64,000 bases of DNA from positions 57,610 through 121,609 of the forward strand of contig JAPDJH010000009.1 of NCBI GenBank assembly GCA_029259175.1, in the 5' to 3' direction. Within the stretch, counting starts at the first letter, position 1; every line of letters begins with the position of its first letter. A program made the position numbers and the translations under genes. This DNA is from Hadesarchaea archaeon. GTDB taxonomy: Archaea > Hadarchaeota > Hadarchaeia > Hadarchaeales > Hadarchaeaceae. Below the pieces are notes generated by a model that did no database searches, had not been told where the DNA came from, and was given only the letters and a program-made list of their open reading frames with translations. Positions 1-9,090 of this stretch are shown in pieces.

Positions 1-170
1 GGATGAACTGGCATTGGTGCACCTTCGCTCTGCTGTGCTTGGAGCCTGCGGCGCAACTCACCGAGTTCTTGTTCGAGCTGTCGCTGACGGACGATTCCAC
101 CACGACCGAAGAGCATGAGGGCCAATAGAGCGATTATCACCAGCATCAGAAATATATCGACCAGCCACAT
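1..170 (-). CDS. Partial membrane-anchored coiled-coil protein (truncated by window edge)
   Basis: Minus-strand ATG at 170 after GGTGA RBS; reads MWLVDIFLMLVIIALLALMLFGRGGIVRQRQLEQELGELRRRLQ (TM then heptad-like); open to base 1. Confidence 0.65.
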   Translation of the reverse strand, partial: MWLVDIFLMLVIIALLALMLFGRGGIVRQRQLEQELGELRRRLQAQQSEGAPMPVH

Positions 171-264
171 ATCACCGCTCAACCTAACGCGTTGAAATTT
201 AAAAAGATGCGGGGTGAAAACGGGTAGGTTTTTATAGACCACTGCCCTAACTCTCTCGACCGCT

Positions 265-735
265 ATGCGTGTGGCTGTGCAAGGACTCGGGACCGTGCCA
301 ACCACTGTGCTCATGGTGCTAGAACAGGAGAAACCCGATGTCTGCTATGTGATATGTTCGGACTATCAGATGAACCACGTGGCAAAAGAAGCTGGGTTTG
401 AAAAACCAAATCGTGAGCTCATAAAGGAAAAGGCTGAGGAACTGGGAACAAAGATCGAGTTCAAGCTATGTGATGTTTTCAATCCAGTATCCGTTGGTAA
501 TGTCGTTGGTGAGATCCTCAACAAGCTAAACCCAAAAGAGGATGAGGTGGTGGTGAACTACACAGGAGGAACAGCAGTGGTACGACTGCTGCTGGGGACT
601 ATGGGCGTGGTGCTTTCAAGTATAATGAAGGCGAAGGTTGTATACGCGATAAGCTATTCAGAAGGAATGGAGATCTCTGAAGACCACACGGAAGCTTTGA
701 AAGCGATTTTCGAACGTCTCCGGATCATTAGCTAA
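265..735 (+). CDS. Stand-alone CARF-domain protein (CRISPR-associated Rossmann fold)
   Basis: N-terminal GLGTVPTTV...KPDVCYVICS and VVVNYTGGT resemble CARF motifs I and II; no effector domain in 156 aa. Confidence 0.6.
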   Translation: MRVAVQGLGTVPTTVLMVLEQEKPDVCYVICSDYQMNHVAKEAGFEKPNRELIKEKAEELGTKIEFKLCDVFNPVSVGNVVGEILNKLNPKEDEVVVNYTGGTAVVRLLLGTMGVVLSSIMKAKVVYAISYSEGMEISEDHTEALKAIFERLRIIS

Positions 736-741
736 CGGTCG

Positions 742-1989
742 GTGGCGGTCTTGTTTGTAAAGGAGTTGCGGTGCCTCCGATGCGGTCACCGGCACCGGCC
801 CGAGGATAAACCGTACGTTTGCGAAAAATGTGGAGGTAAAATCGAAGTTCAGTACGACTATGAGCAAATCAGAATATCTAGAAAAACTCTGGAAAAAAGA
901 AAAAGGGGTGTCTGGAAATACGTCGAACTCTTACCGGTAAGGAATCCAGATCGTGCTGTCACTTTAGGGGAGGGAGGTACTCCGCTCATCAAAGCCGCGC
1001 GACTCGGGAAAAAACTTGGACTCAAACATCTTTACCTCAAAGACGAAACCCGGAATCCAACGGGATCTTTCAAAGATCGGCTCATGACAGTTGGTGTGAC
1101 AAAGGTCTTAGAATTCGGAGCAAAAACGGTAGTTACGGCGTCCAGCGGAAATGCTGCTATTTCTCTCGCCGCATACGCTGCAAAAGCGGGACTCGAGTGC
1201 TACACCTTTGTGCCCGAACGTGCTCCCGAAAGCAAGCTGGCTCAGATTTCAATACACGGTGCAGTGGTGGTGAAAGTAAAGGAGAAAGAGCGGGGTGATC
1301 CCACGTATGAACTCATGATCGAGTCTTGGAAAAGATTTGGGTGGCATCCGATTCCGAGTGCTGGAGCGTTCAACCCCTACCACTGGGAGGGTATAAAAAC
1401 GCTGGCCTATGAGGTGTGTGAAGGTCTAAAATGGAGCTGCCCGGACTGGGTATTTGTGCCCACCGGAGCAGGAACTTTGCTGTCCGGGTGTGCAAAAGGC
1501 TTTTCCGAACTCAAAAGACTCGGCTTGACCAAAAACATGCCACGGATTGTCGCGGTGCAGGCAAAAGGGTGCGCTCCACTGGTACGGGCATTTAGGCAAA
1601 ACATCCCGTATGAGCGGATAGAAACTTGGAGAAAACCAAAAACTGTGGCTGGAGGGCTCATAGATCCGTTCCCGTGGGATGCCGACACGGCAATCGAAGG
1701 GATAAGACGCTCGGGAGGAGATGCCGTAGCGGTGAGCGATAAAGAGATCTTGCAAGCGGAAAAAGAGCTTGCACAAATGGAAGGTGTTTTTGCCGAGCCT
1801 TCGGGTGCCGCAGGGGTGGCAGGGTTGAAGGCGCTTATAGACGAAGGAAAAGTAGACGCCTCGGATACAGTGGTTGTCGAGGTAACGGGAGGGGGGCTAA
1901 AAGATGTGCAAACAGCGCTGGAGATCTCGAAACGGCCTAGAACGATTTCACCGTCCATTAAAGCGCTTTCCAAGCTCATCAAAATCTGA
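742..1989 (+). CDS. thrC: Threonine synthase (PLP, fold type II) with N-terminal Zn ribbon
   Basis: CxxC...CxxC, LGEGGTPL, NPTGSFKDR, ASSGNAA, EPSGAA, TGGGLK. Confidence 0.85.
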   Translation: MAVLFVKELRCLRCGHRHRPEDKPYVCEKCGGKIEVQYDYEQIRISRKTLEKRKRGVWKYVELLPVRNPDRAVTLGEGGTPLIKAARLGKKLGLKHLYLKDETRNPTGSFKDRLMTVGVTKVLEFGAKTVVTASSGNAAISLAAYAAKAGLECYTFVPERAPESKLAQISIHGAVVVKVKEKERGDPTYELMIESWKRFGWHPIPSAGAFNPYHWEGIKTLAYEVCEGLKWSCPDWVFVPTGAGTLLSGCAKGFSELKRLGLTKNMPRIVAVQAKGCAPLVRAFRQNIPYERIETWRKPKTVAGGLIDPFPWDADTAIEGIRRSGGDAVAVSDKEILQAEKELAQMEGVFAEPSGAAGVAGLKALIDEGKVDASDTVVVEVTGGGLKDVQTALEISKRPRTISPSIKALSKLIKI

Positions 1990-2004
1990 GCGTTCGGGGA
2001 AAGC

Positions 2005-2436
2005 ATGAATCGAAACATATACAGATTGCTAGCGCTGTTTGGGAGTATGTTGGCTTTGGTGGGCTTTTTCCAAGAGTGGATCACCATTAAAGCGTTCGGA
2101 CAGACCATTAGTTACTCCGGATGGTCGGCTATACAGAATGGGGCTCTTACCCCCTATTTCGAACTGCTAGGGGCGTTTTTTGGATTGCTGGCCGCCTTCT
2201 TATTGCTGGTGCGGCCGAGGCCTTATCTTAGGCTCTTGTTAATGATCACCGGAATGTTTGTGCTCATAGGGGTGGGTCTGGGAACTGCCGCATTGGAGTT
2301 AGAGCAAGCATTCGAATTTGAAAGCTTTGGAATTCTCGTAGGATGGGGATGGGGAAGCATCCTAACCATGGTGGGAGGAGTGATGCTTCTGATATCCTCT
2401 CTGGGTGTAGAACACATAGCAACTGCGTACTACTAA
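2005..2436 (+). CDS. Hypothetical 4-TM membrane protein
   Basis: Four hydrophobic segments; ...QEW...SYSGW... pattern. Confidence 0.7.
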   Translation: MNRNIYRLLALFGSMLALVGFFQEWITIKAFGQTISYSGWSAIQNGALTPYFELLGAFFGLLAAFLLLVRPRPYLRLLLMITGMFVLIGVGLGTAALELEQAFEFESFGILVGWGWGSILTMVGGVMLLISSLGVEHIATAYY

Positions 2437-2460
2437 AAAAAGGGAAAACTCTGGCCGGGG

Positions 2461-3513
2461 CTAACGCATTACCATAGCCATGACAGCTTTCTGAACGTGT
2501 AAGCGGTTCTCGGCCTCCTCGAAATAGAGCGAGCGCTCGTAGGAATCCAAGACCTCATCCGTTACCTCTTGGCCACGATCGGCAGGCCCGCAGTGCATGT
2601 AATAGGCGCGGTTGGTGACATCCAGCAGCTCGCGGGTGCAGATCCAGTCCTTGAACTGCTCCTGGTAGCGCTTGGCGCCCTCCTTGTCGACTTGGCTGTT
2701 GTGTGGTGGGAAGAAGCTCTTGGGAGACCATGCCTTGGGATAGACAAAGTCGGCGCCCTCGAAGGCTTCCTTCATATCGTTGACTATTTCAAAACTTCCC
2801 CCGTAGCGATCGGCGTTCTCGCGCGCGGCTTGGATAACGCTGTCTTCTAGCTCGAATCCCTTGGGGTGGGCCAAGACTACATCCATTCCGAACTGGGTGG
2901 TAATGAGGACTTCGCTCTGCGGAACCGCTAGAGGCTTGAGACCCCCTGAATAGGCGTAGGACACCACGAATTTCTTTCCTTGTAGATTTGGCTCAGCTTC
3001 GCGAGCTGCCATGATGTCCGCGAGAGCCTGAAACGGATGATAGAGATCATCCTCCATGTTGAGCACCGGAATGTCGGCCCACCGCGCGAATTCCTCTATG
3101 ATGCGATGTCCACGACCGATGACCCATTTTGCAGGATCTCCATAAATGCGTATGGCTATCGCATCACCATAGCGACTGAGCACCCGAGCAACGTCCGAGA
3201 TGGCCTCGGTGGCATAGGGGACCATGTCTTCTGGGAGAGTGGGAGTGTAGAGGTCATTCGGGCTAAGGAAGTGTCCGTGACCGCCGAGCTGATAAATGCC
3301 CGCCTCGAAAGAGTTCCTTGTGCGGAGGGAGCGATTATAGAAGATCATGAACAGCGTGCGACCGGATAGATAAGTGGTGGGTTCCCGTTTTCGAAAGCGT
3401 TGTTTGAGATCTGCTGCCGCGTCAAGGATCGCTTTGATTTCCTCTTGGGTGAAGTCTTGGGTGTTGAGGAAGTCCTTGCCGGCCATCCTCCCCACATACG
3501 ATGGTGTTGCCAA
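2461..3513 (-). CDS. Carbamoyltransferase of the OTCase superfamily, YgeW/knotted-like
   Basis: SLRTR carbamoyl-phosphate motif, HPFQALAD, YAYS..KPLAVPQ, YMHCGPADRG, EAENRLH. Confidence 0.85.
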   Translation of the reverse strand: MATPSYVGRMAGKDFLNTQDFTQEEIKAILDAAADLKQRFRKREPTTYLSGRTLFMIFYNRSLRTRNSFEAGIYQLGGHGHFLSPNDLYTPTLPEDMVPYATEAISDVARVLSRYGDAIAIRIYGDPAKWVIGRGHRIIEEFARWADIPVLNMEDDLYHPFQALADIMAAREAEPNLQGKKFVVSYAYSGGLKPLAVPQSEVLITTQFGMDVVLAHPKGFELEDSVIQAARENADRYGGSFEIVNDMKEAFEGADFVYPKAWSPKSFFPPHNSQVDKEGAKRYQEQFKDWICTRELLDVTNRAYYMHCGPADRGQEVTDEVLDSYERSLYFEEAENRLHVQKAVMAMVMR

Positions 3514-3646
3514 TTTTCCACCTGCTAATTCCAGAGAGCCCCTAAATTTAAAGGTGATGGTGCAGGACCGCTGGCCGCTGAGATCAGCTTACACGACCAA
3601 ATAAAGAACTCAAAAATGAATAAACCACCAAATTCCCAAAAGTAAT

Positions 3647-4330
3647 GTGACGTCAATGAAGCTCATTTATGATGGAAAGACAAAGCGGGTCTTTCGTCGC
3701 GGGCGATTCCTAGTTTTTCGCTTCAAGGATACTGTGCTCGGCCACTCTCCGGGTAAACCCGATCCGGGAGGAAACCGGGTTATTGGCCGTCTCCCAGGAA
3801 AGGCCGAGTTAGCCACTGCCACTGCCGTGTTTTTCTTCAAGCTTCTTCATGGCCATGGTATTCGCACTCACTTTGTCCGACAGCTTTCACCAATAGATAT
3901 CGAAGTTTTCAAAACAGAACCGATTCCGTTGGAAGTGATCTACCGCAAGTCTGCTTATGGGAGTTTCTTGCGCCGATATCGCGGTTTCGTGAAACCTTTC
4001 TGCAAATTGGATATGGTGGAATTCACGCTAAAAAGTGATGAGCTGGGAGATCCGCTGATAACTCGCTCGGCGATCGAGCGCCTTCGAATAGCCACCCAAA
4101 AAGAGCTCCAAAACATGGAGCAAACCACACGTCGCGCGGCGAGGGTTCTCGCTACAGCGCTTGCAGATCGGGGGCTTGAATTGGTTGATTTCAAGCTGGA
4201 GTTCGGACGTTACGCTAAGAGACTAATAGTGATCGATGCGCTCAACGCGGATTCGATGCGCGTGGCTGATAAGCGCAGACGGATTCTCGGTCACCGCGAG
4301 CTGGCACGTCGGCTGGGTGTAAGCAAATGA
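3647..4330 (+). CDS. purC: SAICAR synthetase
   Basis: YDGKTK, FKD, GIRTHF, IPLEVIYR, LVDFKLEFG, DSMRV. Confidence 0.85.
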   Translation: MTSMKLIYDGKTKRVFRRGRFLVFRFKDTVLGHSPGKPDPGGNRVIGRLPGKAELATATAVFFFKLLHGHGIRTHFVRQLSPIDIEVFKTEPIPLEVIYRKSAYGSFLRRYRGFVKPFCKLDMVEFTLKSDELGDPLITRSAIERLRIATQKELQNMEQTTRRAARVLATALADRGLELVDFKLEFGRYAKRLIVIDALNADSMRVADKRRRILGHRELARRLGVSK

Positions 4331-5055
4331 AAGTCATCGATACGCACGCACATCTGGAGGAGCTAAACGATGTACAACGGGCTCTTGCAGAAGCGCGCGA
4401 GGCAGGAGTGATAAAGATTGTTGGAGTTGGATCGGATAGCAAATCCAATCAACGAATACTAGCGCTTGCAAAACAGTTTTCTGAGATGGTTGTGCCAGCC
4501 CTCGGCCTCCACCCGTGGAATCTTGAACACGACCCAGCTGAGGAAATCAAATTCATTGAAGTTCACATCGATGAGTGCATCGCTCTTGGAGAAGTCGGGA
4601 TGGACTACTGGATCGATCGGGATCAAGAGCTCCAGCGAAGAACCCTCGAAACAATTCTGAAAATAGCTGTAGAACACGACAAACCTGCAATTCTTCACAG
4701 CCGGGGCGCGTGGCAGGACGTGTTCGAGCTCGTTCGGGAAAGTAATATAGAACGGGCGATCTTTCACTGGTACAGCGGACCAATAGACTTGCTTCACCAA
4801 ATTCTGGATTTAGGGTACTATATCTCCGCTACTCCAGCAGCCGAGTACAGTCGACACCACCAGCGCGCAATCGTCGAAACACCCATTGAGCGCATAGTGC
4901 TGGAAACCGATACACCGGTTAACTATCGGGGGATGGAAGCCAGGCCTGTGCACGTGCTTCGCAGTTTGAATGCGGTCGCAAAACTGAAGGAGCTCTCCCC
5001 GGAAGAAGTGGCTGAAATCACCACGCGTAATGCAATCCAGGTGTTTCGCCTGTGA
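4327..5055 (+). CDS. tatD: TatD-family hydrolase
   Basis: IDTHAHL, GLHP, GEVGMDY, LHSRGA, FHWYSG, ETDTP. Confidence 0.9.
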   Translation: MKVIDTHAHLEELNDVQRALAEAREAGVIKIVGVGSDSKSNQRILALAKQFSEMVVPALGLHPWNLEHDPAEEIKFIEVHIDECIALGEVGMDYWIDRDQELQRRTLETILKIAVEHDKPAILHSRGAWQDVFELVRESNIERAIFHWYSGPIDLLHQILDLGYYISATPAAEYSRHHQRAIVETPIERIVLETDTPVNYRGMEARPVHVLRSLNAVAKLKELSPEEVAEITTRNAIQVFRL

Positions 5056-5097
5056 AAAAGGCAAAAGTTATAACACCCCTATACTCACCTTCTAAAG

Positions 5098-5592
5098 ATG
5101 AACAAATCGAATGCTGACCAACGCGTGCTCCTCTACGATCCACAGCGTTGTACCGGTTGTCGTTGCTGCGAGATGGCGTGTGCCTATCAGAACTTCGGCT
5201 CGCTCACGCCAATAAAAAGCCACATCCGGATAATCGCGAGCGAGGATGGAATCCACCGCGATGCCGTGTACTGCTGGCACTGCGAGGAACCGGTGTGTGC
5301 CGCGGCATGTCCGGTGGATGCGATAGAAAAGGACGAGCGCACGGGCTGGGTGCGGGTGAATCCGCTTAAATGCATCGGCTGTCGATCGTGCACATATGCA
5401 TGTCCTGTGGCTGCCGCATGGTTCGATGAAGATCGGCGGACGGCTGCGAAGTGCACCTTCTGTGACGGGGATCCGCTCTGTGCCCGTTTCTGCTCGCCAC
5501 AAGCCATACGAGTCGCCACCCGAGCGGAGGCCTCAGCCGCGCTCAAACAAATTCTCGGAGGTGCCGCGAGTGGAGGCGGAACGAGTCCTTAA
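5098..5592 (+). CDS. Four-cluster [4Fe-4S] protein (DmsB/HydN/CooF-like)
   Basis: CTGCRCCEMAC, CWHCEEPVCAAACP, CIGCRSCTYACP, KCTFCDGDPLCARFC. Confidence 0.9.
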   Translation: MNKSNADQRVLLYDPQRCTGCRCCEMACAYQNFGSLTPIKSHIRIIASEDGIHRDAVYCWHCEEPVCAAACPVDAIEKDERTGWVRVNPLKCIGCRSCTYACPVAAAWFDEDRRTAAKCTFCDGDPLCARFCSPQAIRVATRAEASAALKQILGGAASGGGTSP

Positions 5593-6214
5593 AGCTGCTG
5601 GAGCAATCCAGGTGGTAAAAAAACGTGATCGAAAAGTGGAAGCCGCGATCAGGCCCGACCGTATACGGACGGTTGCAAGCAAGTTGTGTTCCCATGGCGC
5701 ACGTTTCATCATCATTGCCGCGGCGGATTCGGGGCTCGATATCGACTTGATCTATCACTTTGATTTGGATGGGCTAGTAGTTGCTGTAAAAACGAGAGTG
5801 CCTAAAGAGTCCCCAGAAATCGACTCAATAAAGGATATAGTGCCCGGAGCTGAATGGGCTGAGCGCGAAGCTTCAGATCTCTGCGGTGTACGCTTCCGCG
5901 GGGGCACAAACGAGCCATTGGTTCTTCCCAAAGAGGGTGCTCTGGAGACTCCTCCTCTCACGCGAGCGTTTCGGGTGCTGCCAGCCGAGGTGGCCCCCGT
6001 GGCGGAGTCCATTGCGAGCGTTGGGGCAACAGCCCCGCTGACTTCGCTTATGGAGCGCCGACGCCAAGAGGCAGGACTCGAGGCCAAAGCACCCATGGTC
6101 TACGCCACCGAAAAGGGGACTAAGGAATTGACAGAACTGATCAAGCAAGCCAGCTTCACCGAGCGCGGAGGGTTCGATCCCGAGCGTAAAAAGTTGAGAG
6201 GTGTGTACAAGTGA
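5570..6214 (+). CDS. NuoC/EchD-like hydrogenase subunit with HdrC-like C-terminal extension
   Basis: GTG at 5570 after GGAGGTG RBS; D..LIYHF, IDSI..I.PGAEWAEREASDLCGVRFRG = NuoC family; extra ~70-aa tail. Confidence 0.8.
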   Translation: MEAERVLKAAGAIQVVKKRDRKVEAAIRPDRIRTVASKLCSHGARFIIIAAADSGLDIDLIYHFDLDGLVVAVKTRVPKESPEIDSIKDIVPGAEWAEREASDLCGVRFRGGTNEPLVLPKEGALETPPLTRAFRVLPAEVAPVAESIASVGATAPLTSLMERRRQEAGLEAKAPMVYATEKGTKELTELIKQASFTERGGFDPERKKLRGVYK

Positions 6215-7080
6215 AGGAGTACGCTGTCTACTGGGGCTGCATGATTCCTCATCGTCTGCCCTCGATAGAAATCGCGGCCAGATATGTGCTCGAAAAGCTT
6301 GGTGTTCGGGTGCGCGAGGTTGAAAACTACACTTGTTGCCCGGATCCGATCATTGGGCGATTTATCGATAGAAAAACTGCCCTGACACTTTCTGCACGCA
6401 ATCTAGCACTGGCCGAAGAACTGGGTCCAGAACTTCTAGTTCTCTGTAATGGGTGCTTCGAGACACTGATCGAAGCCGTAGAGGCTCTGCACGATGAAAA
6501 CACGCGCACTGAAATTAACCAAATCCTAGAAAAAGTTGGCAGGAAATACCAAGGAGCTATACAAGTCCGCCACGTGGTAGAAGTGCTGCACGACGATGTT
6601 GGGCTAAACCGGATAAAAGAGGTCGTTCAGAAGCCATCGAGGGTCAAGCTCGCCGTCCACTACGGATGTCACCTTTTCCGCGAACCCAATGGTGGGGACA
6701 TCTGGAGGAAACCAAAACAATTCGAAGAGCTCCTGCGTGTGATCGGAGGCAATCCAGTACTGTGTGACCACAACAGGCTGTGCTGCGGTTTTCCGACGTC
6801 ACATGTGGATCCGGAGTATTCGTTGCGCATGAATCTGTTGCCTAAGATGCGGTGCTACAAACAACTAAAAATAGAAGCTGTGGTTACTGTGTGTCCAGCA
6901 TGCACCATTCAGATGGAAACTGGACAGCGCATGCTCCGCAAGTTTGGCTTGGAGACCTCCGTTCCGATAGTTCACTTGATGGAGCTCATGGCACTTGCTT
7001 TTGGAATGAGGCCCCAAGAGCTTTCGCTCAAGGTTCACCGCAGCCCCGTCGAGGATTTTGCTAGGAGGGTGTTCGGATGA
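6211..7080 (+). CDS. hdrB: Heterodisulfide reductase subunit B-like (two CCG domains)
   Basis: YWGC, TCCPDP, SARNLALAE, LCNGC, HYGCHL, LCCG, VCPAC. Confidence 0.9.
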   Translation: MKEYAVYWGCMIPHRLPSIEIAARYVLEKLGVRVREVENYTCCPDPIIGRFIDRKTALTLSARNLALAEELGPELLVLCNGCFETLIEAVEALHDENTRTEINQILEKVGRKYQGAIQVRHVVEVLHDDVGLNRIKEVVQKPSRVKLAVHYGCHLFREPNGGDIWRKPKQFEELLRVIGGNPVLCDHNRLCCGFPTSHVDPEYSLRMNLLPKMRCYKQLKIEAVVTVCPACTIQMETGQRMLRKFGLETSVPIVHLMELMALAFGMRPQELSLKVHRSPVEDFARRVFG

Positions 7081-8210
7081 GCGAAATCGCGCGCTACGGT
7101 CCATATCATCCCATCCACCTTGAGCCGGAGGTCTACGAGGTTCATGTTCGCGAAGGCAGGATTTCGGATGTACGTATCGAGCAGGGCTTCACTCACCGGG
7201 GGATTGAGCGCCTTCTAGAGCAGCAGTCAGTGAAGCACGGGGTTCTCTTGGCAGAACGGGTCTGCGGATTGTGCTCTCAGGCCCATGCGGAGGCCTACTG
7301 CACTGCGGTGGAAAACACGCTCAAAATCGAGCCGCCGGAGCGTGCGGCACATATTCGAACGCTTGCTTTCGAGCTCGATCGAATCCATAGCCACCTCATG
7401 TGGTTCGTGCTTTTGTTTCACTCCGTGCGCGACACTGAGGCATTAACCGTGGTGCTGAACCGGCGAGAACGGCTGATGGATCTAATCGAATCGCTGTTCG
7501 GGAATCGGGTTCACTTCTCCATCAACACTCCGGGTGGGGTAAAACGTGACTTGCCCGCAGATGCGGATCAGCTTGTGCGCCGAACGATGGAGCACGTGCG
7601 CAATCTCGCAGATTTCGTGAAAAACAAGGTAGAAGCGCACTCGCAACGACTGAGTGGAATCGGTGTATTGCCAAAAGAGAAAGCTAGAGCTTACGGGGTT
7701 GTAGGACCTGTGCTCCGCGGGTCGGGGATCGCCAGCGACATAAGGCGGGACGATCCGTATCTGATCTATGACGAATTGGAGTTTGACATCCCGACGGAGG
7801 ACTCCTGTGACGTACTGGGACGAACGCGTGTGCGGGTTGCCGAGCTCTACGAGTCCATCCGGATAGTTGAGCAGACCGTGAAAAGAATGCCGGTAGGCGA
7901 ACTCTCGGTGGAGTTCCCATTCCCGTTGACCAATGAGGACTGCGGGCGAGTGGAGGCTCCCCGTGGAGAGCTCATCTACTTCGCGCGGCTGAGGGGGACC
8001 AGCTTTCCGGATCGTGTGAAGCTCAGACCGCCCACCTATGTCAACGACCCAGCCGTCGCCGAGATGCTCAAAGGAGAACCACTTGAAAATCTGCCGCTAG
8101 TCCTCGAGAGCATCGACCGCTGCATTTCATGCACTAATCGCGTGACAGTAATTGATGAACAAAACGGGCATGTCAAAAAAATCTCGCTGGAGGATCTGGT
8201 GCGATGGTAG
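7077..8210 (+). CDS. Group 4 [NiFe]-hydrogenase large subunit
   Basis: GPYHP, GFTHRGIE, L1 RVCGLCSQAH, EAPRGE, L2 DRCISCTNR followed by a cleavable-type C-terminal extension. Confidence 0.9.
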   Translation: MSEIARYGPYHPIHLEPEVYEVHVREGRISDVRIEQGFTHRGIERLLEQQSVKHGVLLAERVCGLCSQAHAEAYCTAVENTLKIEPPERAAHIRTLAFELDRIHSHLMWFVLLFHSVRDTEALTVVLNRRERLMDLIESLFGNRVHFSINTPGGVKRDLPADADQLVRRTMEHVRNLADFVKNKVEAHSQRLSGIGVLPKEKARAYGVVGPVLRGSGIASDIRRDDPYLIYDELEFDIPTEDSCDVLGRTRVRVAELYESIRIVEQTVKRMPVGELSVEFPFPLTNEDCGRVEAPRGELIYFARLRGTSFPDRVKLRPPTYVNDPAVAEMLKGEPLENLPLVLESIDRCISCTNRVTVIDEQNGHVKKISLEDLVRW

Positions 8211-9061
8211 ATGAGCTCCGAGTATATCGGTTCAACGCGGGGTCGTGCAACGGTTGTGATATTGAGGTCGTCAGTGCTCTAGCGGAGCACTACGGTCTTC
8301 AAAACGTCCGGGTGGTAGAAGAGGTGGAAGAGGCAAACACCATGGTAGTTGTGGGTGTCGTAACGACGAAGACCGAGTCCCATCTGAGAGCAGCTTATGA
8401 AAAACTCCAAGATCCCAAGCTCGTTATTGCCGTGGGGACGTGTGCCGTTTCGAGTGGAGTGTTCGATGGCTCCTACAGTGTCCGGAATCCGCCTGAGACA
8501 TACATCCCAGTGAGAGCATATCTAAACGGGTGCCCCCCTAGCCCTCACTCGATCGTCTCAGCTCTCCGCGCCCTTATGGCCCGCCAAGACTCCGAGTGGA
8601 CAGCGCCCAAGGGCTACAGGGGATTGCCGGTGGTCGATGCCGAGAAATGCACCGCGTGCGGAGCTTGCGCTATCGCCTGTCCCGCTAGCGCTATCGAAAT
8701 CGAAGAAGCCGACGAAGGCAAAATCGTGCGCTACTTGCACGATCGCTGCATCAGTTGTGCCACCTGCGAGCTCGTGTGTCCGGAGGACGCGGTGAGGCTG
8801 AAGGAAGAGCGTCATCCGCTGGTGGCGGAACGAGAAAAAGCTAGGGTGGAAACGAAGTTCACAACGGTGCAGTGCCCGGTGTGTGGTAGTGGGCACATAA
8901 CGGAACGGCATCTGGACGTGATTGTTGAACGGCTGAAAGAAAAAGAGGCGCTGAAAGCCGCTGCTCAGGAACTGCGCGAGCGATCGAAGCTCGAGAGGAC
9001 TTGCAAGATAAGGCAGTTGGCTGTGGGCAAGCAATTGCTTTTTAAGCTCGGCTATGGATAA
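8204..9061 (+). CDS. Group 4 hydrogenase small subunit (NuoB-like) fused to 2x[4Fe-4S] NuoI-like domain
   Basis: GSCNGCDIE, GTCAVSSG, GCPP, then YRGLP..CTACGACAIACP, CISCATCELVCP. Confidence 0.9.
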   Translation: MVDELRVYRFNAGSCNGCDIEVVSALAEHYGLQNVRVVEEVEEANTMVVVGVVTTKTESHLRAAYEKLQDPKLVIAVGTCAVSSGVFDGSYSVRNPPETYIPVRAYLNGCPPSPHSIVSALRALMARQDSEWTAPKGYRGLPVVDAEKCTACGACAIACPASAIEIEEADEGKIVRYLHDRCISCATCELVCPEDAVRLKEERHPLVAEREKARVETKFTTVQCPVCGSGHITERHLDVIVERLKEKEALKAAAQELRERSKLERTCKIRQLAVGKQLLFKLGYG

Positions 9062-9090
9062 TCCATTTTGCGGCTGGGGGGAAGGACGAG

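Noticed and set aside
7077-8210. Mbx/Mbs-like Ni-less subunit or selenocysteine hydrogenase
   Set aside because: All four Cys ligands are present and there is no in-frame TGA
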